The position numbers were made by a program, and so were the translations under genes. The notes beneath the pieces were generated by a model. The model worked only from the letters and a program-made list of their open reading frames with translations, was not told the origin of the DNA and made no database searches. Below, piece by piece: positions 60,182 to 64,000 of a stretch of DNA of 64,000 bases (its first letter is position 1; every line of letters begins with the position of its first letter). This DNA is from Lingula anatina (taxonomy: Eukaryota; Animalia; Brachiopoda): contig CM120644.1 in the NCBI GenBank assembly GCA_051362555.1, positions 11,120,567 through 11,184,566 of the forward strand, in the 5' to 3' direction.

Positions 60182-63100
60182 TGTGCCGTAACTGTATCCC
60201 AGGGGGGAGGGGAGCTCTGCTATTGTTGTCACTTAAGAAACTCACTGATGCTAGCTACAGTAGCTAAAAGCCGGCTTTGTCCAAGCCACATAGGATTGTG
60301 TGTGTCTGTGAAAAGTAGGGACGGATCATCTGGGGCTCACAAAGGGGGGGGGGGAGGGAGGGGGACCACAGTGACCACAATGGTGTCAGTTTTCACACTT
60401 TCATATCAAAGTTAAAATTTCAAAATCATCTTATGTAAAAACATCTCCGCGAAAAAACATTACTAATTCTGCTGATAAAACTAAAGATTAAGTACACAAA
60501 ATAATGATTTTACTAGTGAGGAAGACAAAAAAGGGGAGAGGGGGGTCCAAAATAAAAAATGACATGTGGGGACCCCCCTGTGTCCACCCTCCAGGAATGT
60601 GATGGATTCTATTTTCCACACTGTGTTGAACTCTCATCAGATGTCTATCAGGCTGTAATGGGAGGTGCAATGAGACGTGTACACACCCTAAACCTTCAGC
60701 CATCAACTACGATCTAAACTAGTACTGGTACTCCCTTTTTTAAACAGCATGCATTTTCATTTTCGTTGCTGTTTAGTGTATTTGCATGTTTGGGTTATAT
60801 TGTACCCTTGAAAATATTATACAATGCGCTTTCTTTTTCATTTTGTTTTTTGTTTAGCATATTTATATACTGGGGTAATATTTTATCATCATTAGTTATC
60901 ATTAGGAATTATTTAAACTAAACAATTTTTACTTAGTTTTCATTTTGTTAATGGATGTACTTTCTTTTTTAAACTTTCTATTTCTATTTTAACCTGATAT
61001 TTAAGTAGGTAAGCAAGTCAATTTTAAAGTTACTTCCTTTTTACTCATCATTTGAAAACTACACATATTTAGAGTTCAGGAAGACATTTTCCCAAAATCA
61101 CATTTCAATATCCAAAAATCACCCACACTGCAACCTATATCAAATTTTAAAAATGATAAATAGTTCAGCACGCTGTCACCAGTACAGAGTATTATGCATC
61201 ACAATGGACAGTGTGACATATTGGATATAATATATGGTCAGTTCATGACATCAATGGACATGGTGGTCTATGACATATGGTCAGTACGTGACATTAGTGA
61301 CCTGACCCCTGTCATTAAGTGACAATATCCTTTCTTTAAATAACTTTATGAAGTCATTGCACCAAGGTTACTTTTACTGATATTGGTATTATGCAATATA
61401 CACATCCTGTATTGTTATCTTCTATACCATCAGCATGGACCATGGAAAGTTCCGTGAGCTGGTTTTGGAAATTTTTTTCCCCTTTTTATTCTTGGGAGTG
61501 GTTGGTTAAAATAGGAGATGTCCTAGAGGCCTTGACCAACCTCTTTACCATTTCTTTTGAGATTTATTCCAGTAAATTTTTTCTTTTGTTTTTACCTTTT
61601 TTCTTCACCCCCTCCCTCAAGATAACCCAAAGCCTCCCATGTTTACCATTACTTTAAAGACTTATTCTAGGAAAAAGACTTTTTCCTTTTTTAACCCCCC
61701 CCCCCCCCTCCCCTTTCTCAAACAACACCCACTATGTCCCATGTAATCCTTTAGTATAGTTGTCACCATAATGACCCGGTGGAGAGACTTATCATAGTAA
61801 CCCAGACTTAAAATGGTGACCAAACCACCAACTTCCTGGATAAGGTCACAGAGACGGTCTTAAACACTGTTCTATACACAGCCAGACTTTCTGGTGCTGC
61901 ATTTCATTTTCAAATCATACTCATCAAATGTCATAATTAATGTTTCTATATAAGATTAACACAGAACCCTAGACACATCTTTTCTCCTTTCTGAGATAAG
62001 ACTTTGTCTGTGCCTTAATAATTACACCTTAACCTGTCTGATGGCATTTCATTATCATCTATTTGTTTTCTTTTTAGAACTTAATCTTCAATTCTTTAGT
62101 CAAGTAAATTTGATTTTTCTTTTACAAATCTGATTTTATATAAATGTTGCTACTATCTATCGTATAATTTTATTTTTACTGAGGCAATCTAATTTGAACC
62201 TTCGGGCATTTTATTAAAACAAACCACTTCATATGTTCTTCTTTTTCAAAGATTGATGAATAAATAAATAAATAAACTAGATTAAAATCTTTTTTCTGAA
62301 GTCAGAATATCACAGCGTGTAAATTATAAATAAATCATGAGTTCAATATGAAGATGCATAAAGCAAAATAAATATATACACTACACATACTTTGTCCTAA
62401 TAGTAATCTAATAATCTAGGTATTAAACACCTCTAATTTTTGTAGAATTTATCAAATTCACCATTAAAGTTTTGTGTTCAAACAGATAAAAGGAGAAACT
62501 TTACCATGTAATTAGCATTGATGTCACCATGATGTCTGACACGATGTCTGTAACGTCAGACCATTCACCATCATGCCTTATCTTCAATGTCTAAATTAAA
62601 TCACTGTAATTTCTTGTGTCAAACCCCTCCCCCAATCCCTCCTCCAATTTATTCTCCTCATGTGAAAATGAGACCTCTTCTAATCCCTGCCTTTATCCAC
62701 ATGAAATACTATAGAAATGAACATACCATCCCATACTTTGTGATTGCCCCTATCCAAAAGGAATTAACCAGTGGTAATTTCCTGGTCAATGTCTCCACAC
62801 CCCCCTCTCCTCATTCTATTCACTGGTCAGTCCCCCCTCTCACCCCCACCCCCACCCCTCCCTTTCATTCTCTAAGACACCAACCATCAGCCCCTCTCCA
62901 CTTAACCTGCTCTCCAGCATAAAACTTAAATGAGGCATAAACATCATTTGGAATACACCATCACTTCTGTGATTATTTTGATGCTTTGATTCCATATCTT
63001 TGATATCTTCATTGTAATTTCATTCCCATTAGTGGTAAGGCAATATACAACTGAAGTATCATGAACTGGTACACCTATACACCATTCAAGGAGACACTGG

Positions 63101-64000
63101 ACATTGCCATGGTACCTTGGTATCTATTAATCTAACACTGTTATTTCAAATAAAGAGTGATCAGCACCAAGTGCTCCATTTTATTTGGTCATTCATAAAC
63201 CCAATTCAAAGACCATTTTCAGCAGTTTTTAGTTATCATAAGAGCAAAAGCCCAAAAGTATCTGAGGTAGCGCTAACACTCGCCAATTTAGCCAAATGCT
63301 AAAAGTGACTTAAATTGGCTACACAAAAACGGCTTGGTTTGACTCGTTTTAGTCAAATTATAACAATTTGAATAACAAATTGACAAAAAAGTGATTGGCT
63401 AAGCAAAAAAAAAAAATTGCTACCCCAGGGTGTTTTTTTTTTTTTCTCACAAACAAAATGACCATTTCAAGAAAGGCCACAAACATATTTCTCATTTCAT
63501 GTTTCATAACAAATCAAAAGCAGATTGAAATCCCCTCTGCATTCTTCCAGTTACACAGTCACACCTAACAGAATGACCAAGCCTCATAGCACCAAAGCCA
63601 GGGCTACTAGTAGGCTTATAAACTAAAAGAACTAAAGACAGAAAGCTGGTCTTAACTTTTAAACTAAAATTTTAGTCTATTTAACACCAAACACAGTAGT
63701 GGTACTAAACATATTTGATATATTTTATGTAAAAAAAGATGGTGTAAAAGTAAATCAAGTTTAGATTGACAGGACATCAATTTATATGCTTTTATTTTAT
63801 TTACTTTTTTTTATTCACCTATTTTAGGAAATATCAACCCCAGTTATTAAATAAGACCTGATATCACAGGGTGGAACAACTTGCTATGCCCTGACATGCA
63901 TGGGTAGAGAACTCAACATAGCCTCCAGAAAGATGACTTCAGCTGAACTTCTGTCCCAGTTCTGTCTGGCAGACCTCTCTGGCAGGAATACAAAACCCCT

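Overview
AT-rich, intron-rich animal genomic DNA; the CUL2 sequence and repeat types suggest a lophotrochozoan, probably a mollusc (inference). Two protein-coding genes can be reconstructed by hand. The first is a complete cullin-2 gene (+, 19 coding exons, 31503-40228, 744 aa) whose first coding intron is a minor-spliceosome AT-AC intron. The second is a convergent CCDC177/CCDC185-like coiled-coil gene (-, 46590-60181) with a pair of duplicated 74-nt mutually exclusive exons, alternative first exons and a long-range intronic inverted repeat. Upstream of CUL2 lies an apparently bidirectional promoter region containing a 2.2-copy ~1.39-kb tandem duplication; each unit carries two head-to-tail tRNA-derived Pol III-like cassettes. 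The copies act as filled/empty-site controls that reveal a 5-bp-TSD hAT-like MITE and a TA-GGCC-TA footprint. The left 26 kb probably holds the introns and non-coding 5' exons of a minus-strand gene whose CDS is not identifiable here, densely filled with non-autonomous TEs (PIF/Harbinger, Tc1/mariner, hAT-like, Helentron-type with 146-bp satellite, decayed LINE). Nearly all ORFs in the six-frame track are spurious or exon read-throughs. No database searches were run; family assignments rest on remembered motifs.
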